A DNA stretch of 64,000 bases from an uncultured Opitutia bacterium (GTDB lineage: Bacteria; Verrucomicrobiota; Verrucomicrobiia; Opitutales; CAJWYM01). The stretch lies in assembly GCA_913049555.1 (NCBI GenBank), contig CAJWYM010000002.1:26142-90141 (forward strand), given 5' to 3'. The notes beneath the pieces were generated by a model that was given only the letters and a program-made list of their open reading frames with translations, was not told where the DNA came from and did not search any database. Of this stretch, positions 19,548 to 28,718 are shown in pieces. A program made the position numbers and the translations under genes. The first letter of the stretch is position 1. Each line of letters opens with the position of its first letter.

Positions 19548-21136
19548 CGCTTTGGTATTAATGAAAAGTGATAAGAAGTTCCATTTCCCTGAGCTAGTTT
19601 CAAGATTAATTCTTGCTCATTTAAATCCCAATCACCCATTTCATCATAGAAATTTTGGATCATTTTATGAACCGCTGTATCCGTGATTGAGTTGCCGGAA
19701 ATTGATAGATTTGCAGAGGCATCAATTTTAATGTGATCCAAAGCGATCTCTTTTTGTATGGACTTGCTTATTTTATGCAATGTAGATGCGTAAAAATCAA
19801 CTCGATGATTTTGATTAAAAACTACCAACTTCCCTTCTGTTTGTCTTTTAAGTTTTTTAATTTCGCGTTGAAGTTCTTTTTCTTTTTTTAGTGCTAGAGT
19901 CTTTTCTTTTTGGTCTAGTTTGAGAGAATCATAACTCTTTTCTAAACGGGATTTTTCCTCTGATAAATCCTGATGTTTTTTCCATGTTTCCACCGGTGAT
20001 AGGAAACAAAATAAAGCATAAAAAAGAAATCCTAGGGTAAGATAAAAGAAAACATTGTTGTATATGGGTTGAGGTTCATGAATAACCTCTAGGATTGGAA
20101 TTGGATATTGGTGTTTTGATTCCGCTTGATCTAGTAGGACGGATTCGATCGATACTAAGCTTGATTTCTTTGAATCTAAAACAAGCTCTTGGATCTCTCG
20201 GTCCTGCTCTTCAATTCGTTTTAAATTCTTCGTTATATCACTCCATTGAAGCCAATTACTTCTAGAGTGAATCCACTGTACCTCATGCATGCAAATGTCT
20301 TGGAGTAAACTCAATGGGATCTCCTCTTTAATACATGGGTAAGAAACCTGTTCTATTATGTTTCCAGATTTGAAAAATGTGCAGTGAATTTCAAAAAGAT
20401 CCGTTTCAATCAGTGCAACTGGACTGTTGTCTTTGTCAGACAAAGCAAATAAGTTGTAATCAGCAAATTTTAAGGGTATCAGAGCTAAAAGATTGAGTTT
20501 TTTCTGGGTAAAAAATTCAAGCCATTCCAAATACATTCTTTCAGGTATGTAGGATATGTAGGAGTATCCTTTAGGGAAATTTCTACTAGGTTTTGCAAAA
20601 TTTACCTTATAGTCTTCACTTTCACTTGGCCATTGATCTATTTTGTAGTGAAACAATTCTTCTTGTTTAGGACTCAATAACTTTTTTTGTTTTGCAATCT
20701 CAACGACTCCCAATCCACTTTCTATGGCTTCATCCATCAATAACAAGCGATCCTGCTTTTTAAGAAAATCACTTTTTTCTAAGAATTGCTCTAAAGATGG
20801 TGCGGTTCCTAAATAGTCCCAAGCCCCATCCATTTCCCAGCGAATCATAGATTGAAGCTGGTCCTGATCTAAGTTTTTTGGAATATCAATATTCAACCAA
20901 CCCGCATTGTGTTCCATTGAAGACAACACAATGTTTTTGGGAAATTTCTTAACTTTTTTCTGCAATGAATCAAAACACTCCTCCACCGCCCACCTTGTGT
21001 CGATAGAATTTACTTCAAAGCATTCAATCACTTCGAGAACGTTCTCAACTTTCTTGAAAATATGAAGAGAAACCTTAGAAAAGTTTATTTCTAAGTATAA
21101 AAAGCTTTTATTTTTTAAGATATTTTCTAATTCCAT
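19544..21136 (-). CDS. GspL / PilM-PilN fusion-like bitopic assembly protein
   Basis: 530-aa ORF. A ~355-aa cytoplasmic part is followed by one TM helix (VFFYLTLGFLFYALFCFL), then a K/E coiled coil and a periplasmic domain. Assigned by architecture and position only. Confidence 0.5.
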   Translation of the reverse strand: MELENILKNKSFLYLEINFSKVSLHIFKKVENVLEVIECFEVNSIDTRWAVEECFDSLQKKVKKFPKNIVLSSMEHNAGWLNIDIPKNLDQDQLQSMIRWEMDGAWDYLGTAPSLEQFLEKSDFLKKQDRLLLMDEAIESGLGVVEIAKQKKLLSPKQEELFHYKIDQWPSESEDYKVNFAKPSRNFPKGYSYISYIPERMYLEWLEFFTQKKLNLLALIPLKFADYNLFALSDKDNSPVALIETDLFEIHCTFFKSGNIIEQVSYPCIKEEIPLSLLQDICMHEVQWIHSRSNWLQWSDITKNLKRIEEQDREIQELVLDSKKSSLVSIESVLLDQAESKHQYPIPILEVIHEPQPIYNNVFFYLTLGFLFYALFCFLSPVETWKKHQDLSEEKSRLEKSYDSLKLDQKEKTLALKKEKELQREIKKLKRQTEGKLVVFNQNHRVDFYASTLHKISKSIQKEIALDHIKIDASANLSISGNSITDTAVHKMIQNFYDEMGDWDLNEQELILKLAQGNGTSYHFSLIPKR

Positions 21137-22065
21137 ATATTAATATCCATTTGAATGGTTAAGGCGGAAGTTGTTTGGGGAACAAGGTAGTATACTTGAG
21201 GGTTTAATTGATTGATTCTATTCCTTAATGAATCTACCAATTCAACGTCCGTATTGTAGAAAACAAACTGAAACTTTCTAATAAAGTCAGTCGGAAAATA
21301 TGATATTGTAAAAGTTTCCTCTTGATTCGAATCAATAGAAATATCTTCTTTTAAAACAGAATTATGGTCTGTAAAATCATCATCAATATCAATTCCTGGA
21401 TAAATAATTCCAAGATGCATTGCAGTGGAATTCAATGTGTTGTTTTTGAGAGTAACACTTATGGAGACGTCGTTTGTTTTGTACAATGAGTCCTCAATAA
21501 CGGACTGATTAGGATAATCTTGTTCAAAATTTTCGGTTCCGCCTGCACTGCCATCTTTTCCAAAGCTTTGTAAAGTCATATCGCTACCGACCATGCCATA
21601 TTGAAAAACATGGCCCCATCCATCTCTAAGTTCAGATTCCACAAAATCTAAATAAGGTCCCCTCCATCCGTGCATAATACTTATGTTAGGGATTGGAACA
21701 TCCCCGACTTGCTCCGATCCGATATAAACATAAGAACTCAACAATCCTGTAATACTGGCACCATCATACAGCTCTTTTAAAAACTCGTGATTTTCACCCC
21801 CCTCATATTTTATCGGTAACCTGCCCATATCTGCTATAAATCCATCGATGATAGGAGTTGAGTTAAGGGTTGTGCTTCTTTTTGTGCCAAGGATTGAACG
21901 CTTAATAATTTCTAATCTATCTGCGGTTTTACGATATCTTTGTTCATCATCCGCTGAGTCAAAAACCATCAGAGTTGCAGATGCTACAAGTCCCATAATA
22001 AAAAGAACGAGCAACATTTCGATCAGAGTAAACGCAGAGCGAGACTCTAGATTATTACCTTTCAT
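21127..22065 (-). CDS. Prepilin-type (class III signal) minor pilin/pseudopilin
   Basis: 312-aa ORF. N-terminus is MKGNNLESRSA|FTLIEMLLVLFIMGLVAS, with Glu at +5 and Ala rather than Gly at -1. Confidence 0.8.
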   Translation of the reverse strand: MKGNNLESRSAFTLIEMLLVLFIMGLVASATLMVFDSADDEQRYRKTADRLEIIKRSILGTKRSTTLNSTPIIDGFIADMGRLPIKYEGGENHEFLKELYDGASITGLLSSYVYIGSEQVGDVPIPNISIMHGWRGPYLDFVESELRDGWGHVFQYGMVGSDMTLQSFGKDGSAGGTENFEQDYPNQSVIEDSLYKTNDVSISVTLKNNTLNSTAMHLGIIYPGIDIDDDFTDHNSVLKEDISIDSNQEETFTISYFPTDFIRKFQFVFYNTDVELVDSLRNRINQLNPQVYYLVPQTTSALTIQMDINIWN

Positions 22066-22072
22066 CTGGATA

Positions 22073-22777
22073 TTACTTTCCTAGATAAACAACAATATCA
22101 TTTTCTTTGTCTAAGTTGCTTACTGAGTCAAAAACGCCATCTTCACCAAATGAAATTAAATAATACTTGTTTAGATACTCTTTAATAACTAGAGGGTTGC
22201 CATTTTTCGAAATAATTAGATTAGGATTTCCATCATGGCCCCAATAATTGAATTGACTGAAGTTTTGAGTATCAAAATCCTTAAAGAATTGGTCTGACAG
22301 TGCATAAACTCCATCATATTGATCTCCAGCATTGAGATTATTAGAGCCCGCATTGTATAACTTTAAATTCAATCCTGTTATATAAGGACCATTCCAACCA
22401 TGGTTGTAATCAGGCTTGTAATTCCAGAAATTTGGATCCGAAATTTTTACTGGTTGTTCGAAAAGTTGCCAGAAATTCACGCTTAAATCTGCCCAAGTTT
22501 CTGTAGATAAACCCACCTCGTTACCAAATACATCATAATCATCGAGGTCTAAATTCGCAGCTGCTAACTCTCCAAAACCTGGGAAATACCCCATGTCTTT
22601 TCGAAATTGAACCAGCGCGGTCTTAACCGTTGAAAGATTGTAGGTGGTTAATTTGTTCTCGGCATTTTTCAATAAATTAGAATCTAAATTTATCATAAAT
22701 GCTCCCCCGACAAGGGCCAGAATACTAGTCACCACTAATAACTCTAGAAGTGTGAAACCTTTTTTAATAGAATCCAT
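22073..22777 (-). CDS. Prepilin-type minor pilin/pseudopilin
   Basis: 234-aa ORF with a canonical MDSIKKG|FTLLELLVVTSILALVGG N-methylation motif. Confidence 0.85.
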   Translation of the reverse strand: MDSIKKGFTLLELLVVTSILALVGGAFMINLDSNLLKNAENKLTTYNLSTVKTALVQFRKDMGYFPGFGELAAANLDLDDYDVFGNEVGLSTETWADLSVNFWQLFEQPVKISDPNFWNYKPDYNHGWNGPYITGLNLKLYNAGSNNLNAGDQYDGVYALSDQFFKDFDTQNFSQFNYWGHDGNPNLIISKNGNPLVIKEYLNKYYLISFGEDGVFDSVSNLDKENDIVVYLGK

Positions 22778-22806
22778 TTTCGCCGCCTTTAAGAGAGAAT
22801 CTTGTT

Positions 22807-22844
22807 GATAAACAAGAAAGGTAAGGGTGGGGCGATCCCTTACC
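22807..22844 (-). terminator. Intrinsic terminator/attenuator after the major pilin gene
   Basis: On the minus-strand transcript, 23 nt after the TAA stop, there is a hairpin GGTAAGGG-atcgcccca-CCCTTACC (perfect 8-bp stem, 22820-22844). It is followed by TTTCTTGTTTATC. Confidence 0.55.
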
Positions 22845-22867
22845 TATGAACGAAGTCTAACTAAACC

Positions 22868-23839
22868 TTATTGTTTTTGACCTGTAGATTCAGCGAACTC
22901 TTCATCTAAGAAATCGCCTCTTGGATCAACAATGCAGATCATTTTAGCAGGATCTTGGGCCACATCCACTAACATGATGTAGTGGTTGTATTCATTTTTA
23001 GCAACATCTCCATAGAAAGGAGCATTGTCTAAACGAACATTTCCAACACCACCAGATTTATCATCGTCGGCACTGACCAAACTGGAAGCATTTCCGATTC
23101 CCAATCCAACTAGAACAGCCGTGGGTGAAGCACCCACTTTGACATTGTCATATTTTGCAACAGGAGCTGCAGGGTCTTGACTACTCCAAACCATAAATTC
23201 AGCTCCAGAGGCAGATGCAGCAAAACCAGCATCGGACATATCAAGAGCAAAACCACGACCACGATTTCTTCCATCTCCAGGACGAGGAGCTTCGAAAGCA
23301 TGTTGAGGAATAGAGATTTCGCTCAATGCACCTACTTGTGTAGCAGCAGCACCGTCAGCTGCAGCGATCGTAAGATCCGCAACCGTTTCGTCATTTCCTA
23401 GTAAATCTAGGTATCTAACTGAATCAATTCCAGCATTTTTCAAGGCATCTAACTGATCTTCGGTCAAAGCAGATACGCCAAACTTTCCAGCCAGTTTAGA
23501 ACCTAGGTGTCCAGCAGCCTCCACATCACCAACGACAACAGCAGTGCTGTCTAATAATGCTGCGTCATGAGCGGGAGCAGTTGGAGTAGCTGCTAGAAGG
23601 GATTCTACATTGTTAGGCAAAGCTTTCTCCGTAACATTGTAGGAACGAATTGAATTTTGCAGAGATGCAATAGAATTCGTTGCGGTTGATTTAGCAGCTT
23701 GAGCAATCAGTCCATCATAGGCAGCGATCATAGAACCCCCAATAAGGGCCATAATACCTACAACAACTAACAATTCTAGCAAAGAGAAGTTTCTCTTTGT
23801 TGATTTTTTGTTTGTTCTTTTAATTATTGAACTTTTCAT
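22868..23839 (-). CDS. Large prepilin-type protein, probable major pilin (non-canonical Asn at -1)
   Basis: 323-aa ORF and first gene of the operon. N-terminus is MKSSIIKRTNKKSTKRN|FSLLELLVVVGIMALIGG, with Glu at +5. The body is Ala/Gly/Asp-rich. It is followed by a terminator-like hairpin, as is common for major pilins. Confidence 0.75.
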   Translation of the reverse strand: MKSSIIKRTNKKSTKRNFSLLELLVVVGIMALIGGSMIAAYDGLIAQAAKSTATNSIASLQNSIRSYNVTEKALPNNVESLLAATPTAPAHDAALLDSTAVVVGDVEAAGHLGSKLAGKFGVSALTEDQLDALKNAGIDSVRYLDLLGNDETVADLTIAAADGAAATQVGALSEISIPQHAFEAPRPGDGRNRGRGFALDMSDAGFAASASGAEFMVWSSQDPAAPVAKYDNVKVGASPTAVLVGLGIGNASSLVSADDDKSGGVGNVRLDNAPFYGDVAKNEYNHYIMLVDVAQDPAKMICIVDPRGDFLDEEFAESTGQKQ

Positions 23840-23878
23840 TGTACTCTTTTATTTTATATTTGATATATTATATATTGA

Positions 23879-23921
23879 GTTAGGGTTAAGTGTCGCTTGC
23901 GATTTGACATTTAGCCCTAAC
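23879..23921 (-). promoter_or_regulatory. Hairpin in the putative 5' leader of the pilin operon
   Basis: GTTAGGG (23879-23885) pairs perfectly with CCCTAAC (23915-23921). The stem is extendable to ~14 bp with G-U pairs. It lies 39 nt upstream of the pilin ATG. Confidence 0.4.
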
Positions 23922-24952
23922 ATTATCCACAGCCAGAATTAAATGGTAGATAATTGACATCTAACAATAAATTCTAACTTTTAAGCAAAGGATTCAAAAT
24001 TTGCTTCCTTTGCAGGACAACAAACAGAGTATATAAAAATGCACCCCCCTTTTTCTACCCTTGGAAGAATAAAAAAACCCCTTAAAAGAATAAATATGCT
24101 CCCTTCAATATGGATGGTAGGTTTTTAAAAATAAGCATAAAAAATTACCTCTGCAGGGTTTAAAAATGCCTATAAAACAGCCACTAGAACCTGTATTGCT
24201 TGACTTTTATCAACCTTGACTAATTTTTATCTTTTCTTAAATGCTATTAAAAAATGAGTTGAAATTAGTTTTCTTAAATCGCAACGCATGAATTTTCAAT
24301 GCAATAAAATGGATTCCTAATTACTAAATTGCTAAAAAGAATAACAGAACAATTCTTAAAATAGGGCTTCGATCATACAGGCTTTGCTTGATACAATGTT
24401 GAAAAAAGGTATATTCCATTTAGAAAAAGAAGCTCGTCATCTATACGATTCAAATTGAATGATTACTCGATTTTAAAACAAGCAGAAAAAGGGAACCGTT
24501 ATTTATGCGTAAATCATCCTATTTCTGGATACTGCAGGCATTAAAATTACCAGGAATTACGCTGTAACTTGATGGGGTTTATGAGAGTTAAAATTTCAAT
24601 CTGAAAATATTTCAATTTCAATTTGGACCGGGTGAAATGCCCTGTTTTATTTGTCGCTGGTTGTGTTGTTTTAAGAATGCCTTGTGTTCCCTTTCGAGCC
24701 TCTCCGCCTAGAATAAAAATTTTAAAACGGTAGAACTGACTAAACTACTATTTCAGCGTCCAGCTTAGTCCCCTATTTTTGAAATTTTGTTGCCTACTCA
24801 TCTTCACATTTTCCTGAACGGTTATTTATAAAAGAGAGCCTACAGATTGCATGCACTTTTAATGTTTTTCAGGGAACCTGCCTATCCTAACACCCCAAAG
24901 ACTGATTTTAAAAAAAGCTTGGATAGACTTTGCAAAATGACAGTATAGATTT

Positions 24953-25723
24953 ATGAATTCAGTTGCTTTTGTTACAGGAGGTTCTCGTGGAATAGGTTTG
25001 GGTTGTGCTGAAGAACTTGCTCAGAATGGTTTTGATCTTGCGATCAATGGAATACGCGATGAAGGTTTGGTTTTGCCTGTCATTGAGAAATTAAAATCAT
25101 ATGGAACGGATGTGATTTATTGCCAAGGAGACTTAGGATCTGCGGTTGCAAGAAAAGAAATTATTGAAAACGTTCGCTCTCATTATGGCAGATTGAATGT
25201 ATTGATTAACAATGCTGGGGTTGCTCCTAAAGTTCGATTGGATTTACTCGAGACTACAGAAGAGAGTTATGATTTTGTTATGAATACCAACTTAAAAGGA
25301 GCTTTCTTTTTATCTCAAGAAGTTGCCAGATGGATGGTAGATCAGAAAAAAGAGGATCCCTCTTTTGAAGGTTGTATTATAAACATAGGGTCTATTTCAG
25401 CTACTGTCGTTTCGGTGAACCGAAGTGAATATTGTGTGTCCAAATCTGGAGTCGCAATGATGACGCAATTGTTCGCTGCCCGTCTAGGAGAGTTTGATAT
25501 TCCAGTTTATGAAATTAGGCCTGGTGTTACTAAGACCGATATGACTTCAGCGGTAACAGAAAAGTATGATCAGTTGATTGAAGAGGGACTCAACGTAACA
25601 AAAAGATGGGGGTATCCTGAGGATGTCGGTAGGGCAGCCGTTTTATTAGCCCAGAGAAATTTTTTACATTCAACTGGTCAAGTTCTAATGATTGATGGTG
25701 GACTGACTCTCCCCAGATTATGA
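24953..25723 (+). CDS. Short-chain dehydrogenase/reductase (3-oxoacyl-ACP reductase-like)
   Basis: 256-aa ORF with TGGSRGIG, NNAG and the YCVSK (YxxxK) catalytic block. Confidence 0.9.
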   Translation: MNSVAFVTGGSRGIGLGCAEELAQNGFDLAINGIRDEGLVLPVIEKLKSYGTDVIYCQGDLGSAVARKEIIENVRSHYGRLNVLINNAGVAPKVRLDLLETTEESYDFVMNTNLKGAFFLSQEVARWMVDQKKEDPSFEGCIINIGSISATVVSVNRSEYCVSKSGVAMMTQLFAARLGEFDIPVYEIRPGVTKTDMTSAVTEKYDQLIEEGLNVTKRWGYPEDVGRAAVLLAQRNFLHSTGQVLMIDGGLTLPRL

Positions 25724-25826
25724 TACAATCTGTGGATTGACTGATTGAATTTGTTAAAAAATTTGTAGATTTTCAAATAGATCTCACAGAAAAAAATCCA
25801 AGGATCTTTTAAAATTGGGGTGCGAT

Positions 25827-27347
25827 TCAATGGTCTGATTTAAAATTCCTAGGATGGGTTTTAAGTTTATCTGGATAGGAAGATTTGGATACGTTGCTTA
25901 AAGGTTCTTCATTCTGGATAAGCATTAAAATCATTTTTTCCATCAATTCCGCTTTTATTTTTAAATGTGCAGGATCTTTGCTATCGATCCGATTATACAA
26001 TTCTCCTGGATCTTCTTTTAAGTCATAGAGCTCCTGTTTGCCAGAGATCTCCGAGATTAATTTCCAGTTGTTGAAGCGGACCATCCTCATGCTTCCTCCC
26101 AATGAATATTCGTTGAGTTCGTTGAAGCTGACTCCTTTTGGCGATATATATTTATCCAAATCTGGTTGGTCCTCCCAGTTGTAATTGAGTCCCCCATATC
26201 CCGTTTCACAAAAAGCAGTATCAAAGTCTTGTTTTGGATACTCTTCGCCCCGGAGCAAGGGGGCCAGACTTTTTCCTTGAACGCCCTCAGGAATATCTTG
26301 TCCAATAATTTCACAAATGGTAGGAAAAATGTCGATGAGATTTACATGGGCATCATGGACTTTTTTACGGGATTGAATGCCAGCTCCTTTCACGATGAAT
26401 GGCACCCGACAAAGGGTCTCAGGAAGTCCAGGTCCTTTTCTCATCAATCCGTAGTCACCCACAAAATCACCATGGTCTGAAATGAAAAAAAGAATTGTAT
26501 TTTCTAAAATACCCTCATTTGATAAATGCTCTTCTAGACTCTTAATTTGATCATCGATCAAACGACACATGGAGTAGTAATTGTATCTATAATCTTCGAA
26601 TTTTTGATCAAAATCTTCCTTTGCTTTGCGTTGAATTTTTCCAGTCACTTCCCATTTAAAACCTTTTTCTTTGTATTTTGTTTTGTCACCAATAATAGGA
26701 GGAAGCTTTTCATTTCTAAACATTGAGAAATAGGGTTCTGGAACCTGATAAGGATTGTGGGGTTCATTTATGGATAGGTGCATGAAAAAAGGTTCTGTAT
26801 TTCGGTTTTTAGAAATCCATTTTTTTGCAGTTTTAATCAATCGAGCAGGACTTTGACAATGCAGCGGAAAAGGGGTGGGTTTATTTGAAATCCAGTGGTG
26901 TAAACTTCCTAGCCATGCATCAAAATCCACCTCCATGGAGTTTCTCTCAGCTCCTGCAATTCCTTTATCAGTATGGGCACCTTGATGATCGTGTTGATAC
27001 CAAAAATCACAATCCTTCTCCTCTAAATGAGTATGATTTTTCCCAATCATAGCGGTTTTATAATTGGCTGCTTTCAAAACATCAAAAAGATCTTTTTGGT
27101 ATCTTGGTTGTGTGATCCTATTGCAACGGATTCCAGTAGAGGTAGGACGGCGACCAGTAAATAAGGACACTCTAGCAGGACCGCACAATGGGATTGGAGT
27201 GTATGCTTTATCAAACCACACCCCCTCATGGGCCATTGTATCTTGATGGGGTGTGATGTCCCATGGAAATCCTTCTCGACCACAGGCCCTTGCCTGTTGT
27301 TGGTCTGTCATGATAAGAATAATGTTGGGTCTTTGAGGCATACTCAT
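25827..27347 (-). CDS. Cys-type sulfatase without a recognisable signal peptide
   Basis: 506-aa ORF that starts directly with MSMPQRPNIILIMTDQQ. Contains CGPARVSLFTG, GKNH and SDHGDFVGDYG. Confidence 0.88.
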   Translation of the reverse strand: MSMPQRPNIILIMTDQQQARACGREGFPWDITPHQDTMAHEGVWFDKAYTPIPLCGPARVSLFTGRRPTSTGIRCNRITQPRYQKDLFDVLKAANYKTAMIGKNHTHLEEKDCDFWYQHDHQGAHTDKGIAGAERNSMEVDFDAWLGSLHHWISNKPTPFPLHCQSPARLIKTAKKWISKNRNTEPFFMHLSINEPHNPYQVPEPYFSMFRNEKLPPIIGDKTKYKEKGFKWEVTGKIQRKAKEDFDQKFEDYRYNYYSMCRLIDDQIKSLEEHLSNEGILENTILFFISDHGDFVGDYGLMRKGPGLPETLCRVPFIVKGAGIQSRKKVHDAHVNLIDIFPTICEIIGQDIPEGVQGKSLAPLLRGEEYPKQDFDTAFCETGYGGLNYNWEDQPDLDKYISPKGVSFNELNEYSLGGSMRMVRFNNWKLISEISGKQELYDLKEDPGELYNRIDSKDPAHLKIKAELMEKMILMLIQNEEPLSNVSKSSYPDKLKTHPRNFKSDH

Positions 27348-27815
27348 TTATTGACTTTGGAGTTTTCTTGAATAAATACTTGGATTAAGATTTATATAAG
27401 TTTGGGTTGGGGTCTTATTAGGTAAAATCATTGAGGTTTTTTTAAAATAATCCAATTTATATAATTAAATTTTCCAGTCTTTGCAGTAAATAACTCTTCA
27501 TGAAGAGGTAACTTCCTGATGGAAAAATCTAAGTGAAATGGATATGAAACAAGAAATGAATGGAGGAGATTTTCAAGAATAAAAGAAAAAGAGTAAAAAG
27601 AGGAGTTCAAATTTTGGACTGGAGCCATCAAAAAATACATCTATGCAAATTCTCAATTAAAACTGCGATAGAACAAATGATATTTTAACAAATGGGCTTT
27701 GAATCATGAGTAATCATTTTCAAGTGCGGTGCCTTAATCATTGTTGTCCAAATAAATTAGAGTGGTTTTTAAATTTTTAAGGATTCATAATGGACAACAA
27801 TCAAAGTGCAGTTGC

Positions 27816-28718
27816 ATGCTAAAAATAGCACATCACTCCAATTATAGGCATGATTTACCTGAGGGTCATCGTTTTCCTATGGAAAAATATGAATTGTTAC
27901 CCGCTCAATTATTGTACGAGGGAACCTGTATCTCAGAAAACTTTTTTAAACCTTCAGGTTTAAATTTAGCAGATCTCTGTTTGGTTCATGATCCTGAATA
28001 TGTGTTGAGTTTATTGGAAATTACTTTAGACAAAAAAGCGGCTCGAAAAATAGGATTCCCATTGAGTAAAGAATTGATTTCTAGGGAAATTTTAATAGCT
28101 GGAGGCACCGTTAAGGCTTGTGAATTTGCAATTAAAAACGGGATTTCTATGAATATTGCAGGAGGAACCCATCATGCATTCACCAACAGAGGTGAGGGTT
28201 TTTGTATGTTTAATGATCAAGCAATAGGCGCTAGATATTTGCAGAAACAAAAATGGGCCAAAAAGATATTGATTGTAGACTTAGATGTTCATCAAGGAAA
28301 TGGAACTGCTGAAATCTTTCAAACAGATCCTTCTGTTTTTACATTTTCTATGCATGGAAAGCATAATTATCCATTCAACAAAGAAAAAAGTGATTTGGAT
28401 ATTGAATTAGTCAATGAAACCACAGACTCTGAGTTTCTCTCTACACTGAGAGAAATTTTACCTAAATTAGTTCACTCTCAAAAGCCAGATTTTATTTTCT
28501 ATTTGTGCGGTGTGGATGTTCTTGAAACCGACACATTGGGAAAGTTGTCATTGACGATTGAGGGGTGTAAGGAAAGAGATCGTTTTGTTCTTCAATCTTG
28601 TCGAGACCTTAATATTCCTGTCATGTGCAGTATGGGAGGCGGTTATTCACCGGATATAAAAACAATCATTGATGCGCATGCGAATACATTTCGATTGGCT
28701 CAGGGGATCTATTTTTGA
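27816..28718 (+). CDS. Histone deacetylase-family (AcuC/HDAC-like) Zn deacetylase
   Basis: Contains the GGTHHAF and DLDVHQGNG blocks. I place the start at ATG 27816 (MLKIAHHSNY...GHRFPMEKY) rather than the track's 27762 alternative start. Confidence 0.88.
   Translation: MLKIAHHSNYRHDLPEGHRFPMEKYELLPAQLLYEGTCISENFFKPSGLNLADLCLVHDPEYVLSLLEITLDKKAARKIGFPLSKELISREILIAGGTVKACEFAIKNGISMNIAGGTHHAFTNRGEGFCMFNDQAIGARYLQKQKWAKKILIVDLDVHQGNGTAEIFQTDPSVFTFSMHGKHNYPFNKEKSDLDIELVNETTDSEFLSTLREILPKLVHSQKPDFIFYLCGVDVLETDTLGKLSLTIEGCKERDRFVLQSCRDLNIPVMCSMGGGYSPDIKTIIDAHANTFRLAQGIYF

Noticed and set aside
23904-23960. Two TTGACAT boxes on the + strand upstream of the pilin gene, considered as promoters
   Set aside because: They face away from the pilin operon. 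No -10 element is found at correct spacing, and the nearest + strand gene is ~1 kb away.
24627-24653. Terminator-like ACCGGG-tgaaatg-CCCTGT hairpin followed by TTTTATTT on the + strand
   Set aside because: The stem is only 5/6 paired and short, and no upstream + strand gene or convincing promoter exists for it to terminate. It is kept only as a note within the 1.1 kb non-coding finding.
27428-27640. 70-aa minus-strand ORF in the sulfatase/HDAC divergent intergenic region
   Set aside because: It has no SD and no motif, and its sequence is Phe/Leu/Ser-rich as expected from AT-rich non-coding DNA. It more likely lies in a promoter region. A CAATTTATATAATTAAAT word here resembles the sequence at 47402-47418.
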